NCBI GenBank assembly: GCA_025454515.1
Contig: JALOOH010000001.1
Coordinates: 1 to 50,389, forward strand
DNA: 50,389 nucleotides
Reading direction: 5' to 3'
Source: Chloroflexota bacterium
GTDB lineage: Bacteria > Chloroflexota > Limnocylindria > Limnocylindrales > CSP1-4
Positions 8,571-17,189 of this stretch are shown piece by piece. Made by a program: the position numbers and the translations under genes. Within the stretch, counting starts at the first letter, position 1. Every line of letters begins with the position of its first letter. Under the pieces are notes generated by a model. The model had not been told where the DNA came from. It ran no database searches and worked only from the letters and a program-made list of their open reading frames with translations.

Positions 8571-9428
8571 GTGACCTTCCCCGACCTCGACGCCCCGGCG
8601 TCCGCACCGTCGACATCGCGCGTCCGCCGGCAGCTCACCGACCTCGCCATCTCCCAGGCCTCCCAGGCGCGCTGGGCCGACGCCGCCGAGACGAATCGGA
8701 AGATCCTCGAGCTCGGACCGGACGCCGAGGCGCACAACCGGCTCGCGAAGGCCCTCTGGGAGCTCGGCGAGCTCCGGGCCGCGCGCGAGCAGTACCAGGC
8801 GTCGCTGGCGATGGACCCCACGAACCGGATCGCCGAGCGCAACATCGACCGGCTGCGGGTCCTTCTCGTCGAGGCGGGTGACCGCACCGTGCCCGCCCTC
8901 GAGGGCAGCAAGGCGCCCGTGACCATCTTCGTCGAGGAGACCGGCAAGACCGGCTTCGCCTTCCTGACCGACCTGGCGGACCCGAAGAAGCTCGCCCAGG
9001 TGAACCCCGGGGACTTCGTCGAGCTGACGCCCGAGGCGAACCGGCTCATCGCGTGGAGCAACGGCGTCCGCATCGGCGTCGTGGAACCCCGCGTCGCCGC
9101 GCGCCTCCTCAAGCTCATGGCGAACGGCAACAAGTACGCCGCCGGCGTCACGTCCCTCGGCGCCCAGGACGTGCGGATCATCATCCGGGAGGTCTTCCAG
9201 GATCCCCAGAACTACGGGAAGGTGTCGTTCCCGACCGCCGCCAAGTCGGTGGACCTCCGCCCGTACACGAAGGGCACGCTCGTTCGCGAGGACGAGGAGC
9301 TCGAGGAGGACCTGGAGGACGACGAGGAGGACGAGGAGATCGAGGACCTCGAGCGCGTCATCCCGGCCGAGGTCACCGGCGACGAGGCCTTCGTCGAGGA
9401 GCCCGACGAGCTCGTCGAGGAGCCGTAG
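8571..9428 (+). CDS. TPR-like protein with a beta-rich middle domain and a strongly acidic C-terminal tail
   Basis: GTG at 8571 follows GAAAGGA. The longer ORF start at 8463 would be the -35 box itself. TPR-like helices are present (ARWADAAETNRKILELGPDAEAHNRLAKALWELGELRAAREQYQASLAMDPTN). The tail reads REDEELEEDLEDDEEDEEIEDLERVIPAEVTGDEAFVEEPDELVEEP. Confidence 0.75.
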   Translation: MTFPDLDAPASAPSTSRVRRQLTDLAISQASQARWADAAETNRKILELGPDAEAHNRLAKALWELGELRAAREQYQASLAMDPTNRIAERNIDRLRVLLVEAGDRTVPALEGSKAPVTIFVEETGKTGFAFLTDLADPKKLAQVNPGDFVELTPEANRLIAWSNGVRIGVVEPRVAARLLKLMANGNKYAAGVTSLGAQDVRIIIREVFQDPQNYGKVSFPTAAKSVDLRPYTKGTLVREDEELEEDLEDDEEDEEIEDLERVIPAEVTGDEAFVEEPDELVEEP

Positions 9429-9434
9429 GGCTCG

Positions 9435-12263
9435 GTGAGCCCGCGGGACCTGCCTCTGCGCGGGGACGCGATCGCGACCCTCCCGGTCTTCGAGAGGCTC
9501 GCGCCGCGTCCCGACCCGCGCGAGGTGGCGGCGCGGATCGACGCCGCGTCCGGGACCGGCGACGTCGTCGTCGACCTCCACGGGCGGGGCGGATGGGTGG
9601 CGCGCGCGGCCGTCGCGCGCCAGCGCCGGGCCGTGACGGTCGAGTCGATGCCGCTCACGCGGCTCCTCGCCGAGGTCGTCCTCCGGCCGCCGGACATCCG
9701 CCATCTCGACGCCGCGTTCCAGGCGATCGCCGCCGCGCCGCGCGGGCAGTCGAGCCTCCGGGTCTCGCTCTCCGAGCTGTTCGCGAGCCGGTGCGCCACG
9801 TGCGGGCGGACGGTCGTCGTCGAGGAGCTGACGTGGGCCGCGGGAGCTGACGGGGCCGCGCGGCCCGTGCGCAAGACCTACCGGTGCTCGACGTGCCGCG
9901 CGCAGCAGGGAGGCCCGGAGCTGCGACAGGCGCCGGTGGACCCGGCCGACGTGGAACGGGCGCTCGCCGACGTGGACGCGGCGACCGCCCGGCGGGAGGT
10001 GCACGACCGGTTCCCGCTCCTCGACGGCCGCGACACCCTCGCCGACGACCTCACCGAGCTCCAGACGCCGCGGCAGCTCGTCTACCTTCACGCGATCCTC
10101 CAGCGGATCGAGATCGACCTGCGCGCGCCGCAGGTCGAGGCCGCGCTCCGGCTCGCGCTCCTCGAGGCGATCCTGCCGGCGAGCCGCCTGGCCGCGACGC
10201 AGGGCCGGAGCGCCACCCTGCGCATCGCGAACGCGCGCGCGAAGCCGGCTCTCCCGGCCGAGTGGCGCGAGCGGAACCCGTGGGTCGCCTTCGAGGCCGG
10301 CTACCGCGCGGTGCGCGCCTTCATCCAGGGGCTCGAGGCGGATCCGCTCGGCTCCGTCCAGGCGCGGACGTCGGAGGACATCCTGTCGCTCGGCGAGGGA
10401 TCGACGAGCGCCGTCGTCCGGCTGGGGTCGCCGGCAGGCTTCCGTGGGCTCGCGGACGACGCGTCCGTCGTGCGCTCCACCGACCTGCGGCGGCGGATCC
10501 GGCTCATCGTCGGCCAGCCGCCGCTCCGCTGGAGCCAGGACCGGCTGTCGCTCGCGTACTACCTCACCGCCTGGGTCCTCGGCCGCGACGCCGCCGCGTC
10601 GCTCCCGCTCGAGCCCCTCTTCGGGGCGCCGGTCCGCCCGTCGTGGTCGTGGCAGTCGGCGGCCCTCCGGCGCTCCCTGGCCGCCGTCGCGCCACTCGCC
10701 GCGGCCGATGCGCACGCGCTGATCCTCCTCGAGCCCGACAGCGGCGCCGAGGCGCTCGTCGCCTCGGCGCTCGGAGGCGTGGCCGCGGGCTACCGGCTCG
10801 TGGCCGCGCGGCTCCCGGACGTGGGCGAGAGCGGGCCCGGATGGGTCGAGCTCGCTGCCCCGGGCGTCCCGGTCTCGTCGGGGACGCGGTCCCGCGCGAC
10901 ACGGGCACTGCCGCCGCTCCCCGGTGCGCCCCACGAGCCCGAGTCCGCGCGCGCGGCTCGCGCGGCCCGCGCGGAGCCCGAACGGATCGAGCGAGGCCCG
11001 TTCTCGGCCTCGGAGGCTGCCCGCACGATCACGGAGACGGCGGTGTCCGTCCTCCAGGCGCGAGGGGAGCCGGCGCGTGAGGACCGCCTGCTCGGGGAGA
11101 TCCTGCTCGGCCTCGACAGGACGGGCCAGCTCCGCCGGTTCGTGTCGAGCGCGCCGGAGATCGGGATCGACGACGAGCCGCCGCCGACGCCACCCTCCGA
11201 GCCGGCCGACGCGGGCGACGGGCGCGTGCGCCGCGGCGGTGCTGCCCGCAGGCCCGCCGGGCACGACGGCCAGGGCGGCGGCGGCGCGGAGGCGGCCGGT
11301 CGGCCGGGCGCCGACACCGTCGCCGATGCCCGTCCCACGGCGCCCGTGACGTCCGCGAGCGGGGGCGCAGGCGCCGCGGATCGCGTGGAGGTGCTCCTCG
11401 GCCTCATCCGCGACGAGCTCCAGCGGCCCACCAACCGGCGACTGGCGGAGGTGGAGCCGGGCCGCTGGTGGCTGGCCATGCCGGAGGACCAGGACGCATG
11501 CGCCGTCCCGCTCTCCGACCGCGTCGAGTGGGCGGTCTTCAGCCTCCTCGCGACGGCAAGCCGGGTCTCCGAGGCCGCGTTCCGCGACCGGATCGCCGCC
11601 CTGTTCACGGGCCCGGACGAGCCCGACGAGGCGTTCGTCCGCGCGTGCCTGGAGAGCTACCGTGGGCCGGCGAGCACGGCGGACGTGCTCGTGCCGTTCG
11701 AGGACCTCACGCGCAGGTCCGAGGAGCACGCCCGGACGATCGCGACCCTGGTCGAGCTGGGGCACCGGCTCGGGATGCGCGCGTGGATCTCCCGCCGCGA
11801 GCAGAGCCGCCGGCTGGGCGGGCACAAGCTCGCGGAGTGGCTCGACGAGCGCGAGCTCGGCGCCTACCTCCCGCTCATCGGCCGTGGGCCGACGGACGAC
11901 CTCGAGATGGTGGACGTCATGTGGTACGTCCGCCAGCGCGCGACCTTCCTCTTCGAGGTCGAGTGGACCGCGATGATCGGGGAGACGGTCCTCCGACGCC
12001 ACGCACGGATCCCGACGACCGACCAGGTCGTCCGCTTCCTCGTGATCGCACCGGAGCGGACGGAGCTCCTCCGCGTGAAGATCGACCGCTCCCCGCTCCT
12101 GCGGCGGGCGTTCGAGCAGGGCAACTGGCACATCCTGAAATGGGACCACCTGCGCGAGTTCGCCGCCGGCGACCGGGTCTCGCTCGAGGAGCTCGAGCAG
12201 TTCCTGGGGCTGGACCCGGCGGCCGAGCATGGCGGCGAGCAGATGCCGCTGTTCGGGTCATGA
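9435..12263 (+). CDS. 942-aa multidomain protein: degenerate Zn-ribbon adenine-methylase-like N-terminal half (COG1743/DUF1156-like), a disordered linker, and a PD-(D/E)xK-like C-terminal domain
   Basis: GTG lies 6 nt after the TPR gene stop, and the frame is GC3-saturated. VVVDLHGRGGWVARAAVARQRRAVTVE resembles MTase motif I. There is a CATCG...CSTC zinc ribbon. IVGQPPLRWSQDRLSLAYYLTAW sits in the DPPY-motif position. The C-terminus carries MVDVMWY...FLFEVEWT...FLVIAPE. Confidence 0.7.
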   Translation: MSPRDLPLRGDAIATLPVFERLAPRPDPREVAARIDAASGTGDVVVDLHGRGGWVARAAVARQRRAVTVESMPLTRLLAEVVLRPPDIRHLDAAFQAIAAAPRGQSSLRVSLSELFASRCATCGRTVVVEELTWAAGADGAARPVRKTYRCSTCRAQQGGPELRQAPVDPADVERALADVDAATARREVHDRFPLLDGRDTLADDLTELQTPRQLVYLHAILQRIEIDLRAPQVEAALRLALLEAILPASRLAATQGRSATLRIANARAKPALPAEWRERNPWVAFEAGYRAVRAFIQGLEADPLGSVQARTSEDILSLGEGSTSAVVRLGSPAGFRGLADDASVVRSTDLRRRIRLIVGQPPLRWSQDRLSLAYYLTAWVLGRDAAASLPLEPLFGAPVRPSWSWQSAALRRSLAAVAPLAAADAHALILLEPDSGAEALVASALGGVAAGYRLVAARLPDVGESGPGWVELAAPGVPVSSGTRSRATRALPPLPGAPHEPESARAARAARAEPERIERGPFSASEAARTITETAVSVLQARGEPAREDRLLGEILLGLDRTGQLRRFVSSAPEIGIDDEPPPTPPSEPADAGDGRVRRGGAARRPAGHDGQGGGGAEAAGRPGADTVADARPTAPVTSASGGAGAADRVEVLLGLIRDELQRPTNRRLAEVEPGRWWLAMPEDQDACAVPLSDRVEWAVFSLLATASRVSEAAFRDRIAALFTGPDEPDEAFVRACLESYRGPASTADVLVPFEDLTRRSEEHARTIATLVELGHRLGMRAWISRREQSRRLGGHKLAEWLDERELGAYLPLIGRGPTDDLEMVDVMWYVRQRATFLFEVEWTAMIGETVLRRHARIPTTDQVVRFLVIAPERTELLRVKIDRSPLLRRAFEQGNWHILKWDHLREFAAGDRVSLEELEQFLGLDPAAEHGGEQMPLFGS

Positions 12264-12285
12264 CCCGGGCCGGCACGGAGGGACG

Positions 12286-14004
12286 ATGACGACCGGGACG
12301 CACACGACCGACGGGCAGGCGACGGACGGGATGGACGCGCGGGCGTCGCTCGACGCGCTCGCGGACAGCTTCTGGGAGTCGGTGCTGGAGCTCAGCCCGA
12401 CGACCGCGACCGTCTACGGGGACGAGCGGTACGCCGACCGCCTGGAGGATCCGGGGCCGGAAGGCCGCGCCAGGCTCCGCGACCTCATGGCCGGGACGCT
12501 CGCGGCGGTCGGGTCCATCGACCCGGACGCCCTCGACACCGAGCGCCGGATCACCCGCGACATGCTCCGGGTCGTCGCCGAGCTCGCGATCGAGCAGCAG
12601 GACCAGCGGATCGACGTCCTCAAGGTCGTCGACCAGATGGAGGGGCCGCAGACCCTCCTGCCGTCGCTCGCGGCCTTCCAGCCGGCGGACACGCCGGAGC
12701 GGCTCGAGAAGCTCGTCGCCCGCCTCCATGCGTACGGCCCGTTCATGGCCGCGAACACCGAGCTCCTCCGCGAGGGGATGGCCCGCGGCCTCACGGCGCC
12801 GAGGATCGTCGCCGAGCGGACGGTCGCGCAGCTCGAGCGGCTCCTCGACCTTCCCGCGGAGGAGTACCCGCTCGTGACGGCCGCGGCGGTCGCGCGCGAC
12901 GTGGACCGCGAGGCGATCCTCGCCGCGGTGCGGGACGTCGTGCGGCCGGCGGACGCGGCGTACCTCGCGGTGCTCCGCGACGACTACCTGCCCCACGCCC
13001 GGACGGAGCCGGGCCTCTGGTCGGCGCCCGACGGCGAGGCGCTCTACCGGACCCAGGTCCGCGCGTGGACGACGCTCGACCTCGACCCGGAGGACGTCCA
13101 CCGCATCGGGCTCGACGAGCTCGCGTCGATCGAGGAGGAGCGCCGCGTCATCGCGCGCGCCGCCGGCTTCGGCGACGACACGGTCGCCTACCGCGCCTCG
13201 ATCCTCTCGGACCCGGCCAACATCCCGGCATCGGCCGACGCGCTCGTCGCGCGCGCGACCGACGACATCGCCCGGGCGATGGACGCGGCCCCGCGCGTCT
13301 TCGGACGGCTGCCGCGCGCCGGCGTCGTCGTCCGACCGGTCGAGCCGTACAAGGAGAAGGACGCACCGTTCGCCTACTACTTCCCGCCCACGGTGGACGG
13401 GTCGCGGCCCGGCATCTACTACGCGAACACGTACGACCTGCCGAGCCGTGCGTACTACAAGCTCGCCTCCACGACGTACCACGAGGCCGCTCCGGGCCAC
13501 CACTTCCAGATCACCCTCGAGATGGAGCACCCGGAGCTCCCCGCGTTCCGCCGCCTCGGCTCCCGCATGGTCGGCGGCGCGTACGTGGAGGGCTGGGGCC
13601 TGTACAGCGAGCGGCTGGCCGACGAGCTGGGGCTCTATCGCGACGAGGCGGAGCGGTTCGGGATGCTCGACGCCCAGGCGTGGCGTGCTGCGCGCCTCGT
13701 GGTGGACACCGGCGTCCACGCCCTCCGCTGGGAGCGCCAGCGGTCGATCGACTTCCTGCGGTCCGCCGCGCTGGGCCCGACGGACGCCCTCATCGAGACC
13801 GACCGGTACATCGCGTGGCCCGGCCAGGCGCTGACGTACAAGACGGGGCAGCGGGAGATCGAGAGGCTGCGGCGCGAGCTCACCGCCAGGGATGGTGCCG
13901 CGTTCGACCTGCGGCGGTTCCACGACGCCGTCCTGGGGCACGGCTCACTGCCGCTCGCGACGCTCGCCGCCGAGCTGCCGCGCTGGCTCGCACCGGAGGC
14001 GTAG
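12286..14004 (+). CDS. DUF885-family protein (metallopeptidase-like)
   Basis: ATG follows GGAGGGAC. It has the characteristic YHEAAPGHHFQ motif and a GWGLYSE segment. Length is about 570 aa. Confidence 0.8.
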   Translation: MTTGTHTTDGQATDGMDARASLDALADSFWESVLELSPTTATVYGDERYADRLEDPGPEGRARLRDLMAGTLAAVGSIDPDALDTERRITRDMLRVVAELAIEQQDQRIDVLKVVDQMEGPQTLLPSLAAFQPADTPERLEKLVARLHAYGPFMAANTELLREGMARGLTAPRIVAERTVAQLERLLDLPAEEYPLVTAAAVARDVDREAILAAVRDVVRPADAAYLAVLRDDYLPHARTEPGLWSAPDGEALYRTQVRAWTTLDLDPEDVHRIGLDELASIEEERRVIARAAGFGDDTVAYRASILSDPANIPASADALVARATDDIARAMDAAPRVFGRLPRAGVVVRPVEPYKEKDAPFAYYFPPTVDGSRPGIYYANTYDLPSRAYYKLASTTYHEAAPGHHFQITLEMEHPELPAFRRLGSRMVGGAYVEGWGLYSERLADELGLYRDEAERFGMLDAQAWRAARLVVDTGVHALRWERQRSIDFLRSAALGPTDALIETDRYIAWPGQALTYKTGQREIERLRRELTARDGAAFDLRRFHDAVLGHGSLPLATLAAELPRWLAPEA

Positions 14005-14040
14005 CGGAAGGGCTCGGGGCCGCCGCGCGACGGCGCTGCG

Positions 14041-14667
14041 TCAGGGCGCGCGTCGGTCCCGTCGACGCTGGGCGCCGCCGCGAGTCACGGCCCACCGCCC
14101 GGCGGCGACGAGCGCGATGAGCCCCGCGCCCGCCATCGGGACGAGCGTGTCGACCGAGCGGACGCCCAGCACGATCCACGCGACCGGGTAGGCGACGAAG
14201 CCGACCGCAGTGGCCGTCGGCGCGCGTCGGACCACACCGTACGTGACGAGGGCGGCGACGAAGCCGACGGCGGCCGCGACGGGCTCGATCACCGCGAGGG
14301 CGCCCGCGGCGGTCCCCACGCCGCGGCCGCCGCGCATCCCGGGGATCAGCGGCCGGACCGACCCCAGCACGGCTCCGAGGCCCCCGAAGACGGCACCCCA
14401 GTAGCCTCCGAGCACCCAGCCCGCGAGCCCCGGGGCGACGCCGCGGGCCAGGTCGAGCAGCAGGACGGTCGCGCCCGCGACGGGCCCGGCGAGGTGCCAC
14501 ACGTTCGCGCTGCCGGGGTTGCCCTCGCCCTGGCGGAGGACGTCCACGCCGACGATGCGTCCGACGACGACCGCGCTCGGGAAGCTCCCGCAGAGCCAGC
14601 CGACGGCGACGAGCCCGAGGACGACGCCGATTGGAAGGTCGGGCCAGCCGGAAGGGAAGCCGGGCAC
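14041..14667 (-). CDS. plsY: PlsY-like glycerol-3-phosphate acyltransferase family membrane protein
   Basis: The 208-aa ORF has about 5-6 TM segments. GEGNPGSANVW aligns to the PlsY motif GSGNxGATN, and LLLDLARG aligns to DxxKG. The GTG start lies 12 nt after the crtB stop. Confidence 0.65.
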   Translation of the reverse strand: MPGFPSGWPDLPIGVVLGLVAVGWLCGSFPSAVVVGRIVGVDVLRQGEGNPGSANVWHLAGPVAGATVLLLDLARGVAPGLAGWVLGGYWGAVFGGLGAVLGSVRPLIPGMRGGRGVGTAAGALAVIEPVAAAVGFVAALVTYGVVRRAPTATAVGFVAYPVAWIVLGVRSVDTLVPMAGAGLIALVAAGRWAVTRGGAQRRRDRRAP

Positions 14668-14679
14668 GCGTGCGGGCCG

Positions 14680-15612
14680 TCAGCCGCCGCCGGCGGGCGC
14701 GAGGACGCACCGCGCGACGATGACGGCCTTGCGCCAGCGGGGCACGACGCTGCGCCACGGCCGGCGTGCGCCCAGGCCGTCCCGCTCGATCTGGCGGAGG
14801 ATCTCGCGGTACATGACGGCCGCGGCCCGGATCGAACGCTGCCCGTGGGGCAGGAGCCGGATGCCCGCCATGCCGGCGGCGTACGCCGCGTCCGCCCGCG
14901 CGATCCCGTCGCGGAGCACGCCCGTCCGGTCCCCGGTCGCGAGGGACGCCGCATCGAGACCGTGCGCGCGGAGCGTCTCCTCGGCGAGGTACACCCGGCC
15001 GCGCGCGAGGTCCTCGTCCACGTCGCGGAGGATGTTCGTCCGCTGCATCGCCCCGCCGAGCGCGCGGGCGGCCCGGTCGGCCTCCTCCCCCTCCGCGCCG
15101 AGGATCGACGCCATCAGGCGGCCGACGGTCCCCGCCACGCGGTAGCAGTACTCGTCGACGTCCGCCTCCGTCCCCATCCGCGGCCCGGCGAGATCCTGGC
15201 GCATCCCGGCGACGAACGCGGTCACCGCGTCCCGGGGCAGCGCCGGATGGCGGCGGCGGAGGTCCTCGAGGATCCGCGTCTCCGCGGTCGCGCCCGACGC
15301 CGCGCCCCCGTCGATCCGGTCGCCCCCCTCGCCTCCGGCGCCCGGATGGGCCGCCCACGACTCGACGGCGGCGAGCCGCGCCTCGGCGTCCGGGTCGCGC
15401 GATCCCTCGCGGTCCACGAGGTCGTCGAGCGTGCGGAGGACGAGGTACAGGAGCTCCGTGTCCTCGCGGATCCCGCGCGGGAGGAGTCGGGACGCGAGCG
15501 CGAACGTCCGGGCGACCCGCCGGATCGTCCGCCGCGCCTCCGGGAGGAGCGCCGTGACCTCCGGGTCCCGCGCAGCCAGGGTCGCGTCCGTCGCAGGGCC
15601 GCCGGCGGTCAC
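14680..15612 (-). CDS. crtB: Phytoene synthase (squalene/phytoene synthase family)
   Basis: Asp-rich motifs LVLRTLDDLVD and ILRDVDEDL, plus YCYRVAGTVG. The GTG start overlaps the crtI stop (GTGA at 15609-15612). Confidence 0.9.
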   Translation of the reverse strand: MTAGGPATDATLAARDPEVTALLPEARRTIRRVARTFALASRLLPRGIREDTELLYLVLRTLDDLVDREGSRDPDAEARLAAVESWAAHPGAGGEGGDRIDGGAASGATAETRILEDLRRRHPALPRDAVTAFVAGMRQDLAGPRMGTEADVDEYCYRVAGTVGRLMASILGAEGEEADRAARALGGAMQRTNILRDVDEDLARGRVYLAEETLRAHGLDAASLATGDRTGVLRDGIARADAAYAAGMAGIRLLPHGQRSIRAAAVMYREILRQIERDGLGARRPWRSVVPRWRKAVIVARCVLAPAGGG

Positions 15613-17189
15613 GGGCGCCGCCCGCCCCCCACGTCCGCCCGGATGAGCCCGGCCGTCACCTCCGCGGTGAGGAGCGTCCCGGGGAGGCCCGCTCCCGGAT
15701 GCGTCCCGCCGCCGACGTAGTAGAGGCCGCCCACGACCCGGTCGCGGTTCGGCTGGCGGAAGTACGCCGACTGCTGGAGTGTCGGCTCCACCGCGAACGC
15801 ATTGCCGTCGGTGGAGCCGAGAGCGTCGCGGAACGTGAGGGGCGTCCAGCTGTGCTCGACCACGATGGACGTCCGGAGCCCGGGCAGCCCCGCCGGGCCC
15901 TCGAGCCAGTCAAGGAGCCGGTCGCGGAGGAGCGGCTCCACCCGGACCCAGTCGTCACCGGATCGGAGGTTCGGGACCGGGAGGAGCACGTACAGCGAGT
16001 CGCCGCCTTCCGGCGCCATCGCCGGCTCCGTCCGGTTCGGGGCGTGGATGTAGACGTTGAACGAGGCCGGGAGCCGGCGCCCGTGCGTGACATCCCGGAT
16101 GAAGCCCCGGTAGTCGTCGCCCACGACGAGCGTGTGGTGCAGGAGGCGCGGGAACTGCCGGTCGGTCCCGAGGTAGAGGAGGTACGCGCTCATCGTCGTG
16201 CGGAGCGGCCGCAGGCGCCACGGCAGGACGTCCGGGGCGTCGGGGAGGACGCGATCGCGGCCCGTCACGTCGCCGTTGTAGACGACGACGTCGGCAGGCA
16301 GCTCGTCCCCGCGGTCCGTCCGGACGGCGCGCACCCGCCCTCCGGCGTGGAGGATCCGGTCGACCCCGTCTCCCGTCACGATCCGGCCCCCGCCGCGCCG
16401 GATCAGTTCCGCCATCGACTCGACGAGGGTGTACGTCCCGCCCTCCGCGTACCAGATCCCGTCGGCGATCTGGAGGTAGACGAGCGCGGCGTAGATGGCC
16501 GGGACGCGGTCGGGGTCGCCCCCGATGAACAGCGAGTGGAAGTCGAAGACCTGCCGGATGTGGGGCTCGTCGAAGTACTTCGCGACGAACGACCCCATGA
16601 ACCGCACCGCGTCGAGCCGGAGCATCGTCGGGAGCAGCTTCACGAAATCCGCCGCGCGCGTGAAGGGCATCCGTCCGTATCGGAGGATCCCCTGCTCGTG
16701 GATCGCCTTCGTCGCGGCGAGGAACCGGTCGAGGTTCGCCGCGTCGTGCGCGTCGAACTTCAGCATCTCGCGGCGCAGCTCCCCGGGGTCGCGCATGAAG
16801 TCGAAGTGCCGCTCGTCCTCGGTCCAGTGGATCCGGTACCCCGGGTCGAGCTCGTGGAGCCGTGCCTCCGCCTCGAGGCTCGAGCCGGCGAGACGGAACA
16901 GCTCGTCGAACAGCCACGGCATCGTGATGAGGGACGGCCCGGTGTCCCAGGTGTAGCCGCGGTCGCGGATCCGCGAGGCGCGCCCGCCGAGCGTCGTGCG
17001 GCGTTCGAGGATCGTGACGTCGTGGCCGTCCGCGAGGAGTCGCATCGCCGCCGCGAGGCCGCCGAAGCCGCCGCCGGCGATCACGACGCGCGTGCGTCGG
17101 CGACCGCGTCCGCCACGCGCGGGCGGCGCGGAGCCCGGATCGACGGCGGGTGCCCCGGTCGGGCGGGAGGGATCGGCGACGGCGCTCAC
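15609..17189 (-). CDS. crtI: Phytoene desaturase
   Basis: N-terminal FAD fold RVVIAGGGFGGLAAAMRLLADGHDVTILERRTTLGGR and C-terminal GLYYVGGGTHPGAGLPG. The GTG at 17189 overlaps the stop of the upstream ORF (GTGA). The 1184-aa track ORF is a spurious 5' extension. Confidence 0.9.
   Translation of the reverse strand: MSAVADPSRPTGAPAVDPGSAPPARGGRGRRRTRVVIAGGGFGGLAAAMRLLADGHDVTILERRTTLGGRASRIRDRGYTWDTGPSLITMPWLFDELFRLAGSSLEAEARLHELDPGYRIHWTEDERHFDFMRDPGELRREMLKFDAHDAANLDRFLAATKAIHEQGILRYGRMPFTRAADFVKLLPTMLRLDAVRFMGSFVAKYFDEPHIRQVFDFHSLFIGGDPDRVPAIYAALVYLQIADGIWYAEGGTYTLVESMAELIRRGGGRIVTGDGVDRILHAGGRVRAVRTDRGDELPADVVVYNGDVTGRDRVLPDAPDVLPWRLRPLRTTMSAYLLYLGTDRQFPRLLHHTLVVGDDYRGFIRDVTHGRRLPASFNVYIHAPNRTEPAMAPEGGDSLYVLLPVPNLRSGDDWVRVEPLLRDRLLDWLEGPAGLPGLRTSIVVEHSWTPLTFRDALGSTDGNAFAVEPTLQQSAYFRQPNRDRVVGGLYYVGGGTHPGAGLPGTLLTAEVTAGLIRADVGGGRRP

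Noticed and set aside
7962-12230. 1422-aa ORF on the minus strand, the longest in this part of the track
   Set aside because: It is antisense to three plus-strand genes that have recognisable motifs. Its translation is Arg/Gly/Pro/Asp/Glu-rich with no hydrophobic core pattern. The plus-strand frames carry the G/C-at-position-3 signature. This is the typical stop-codon-poor antisense artefact of high-GC DNA.
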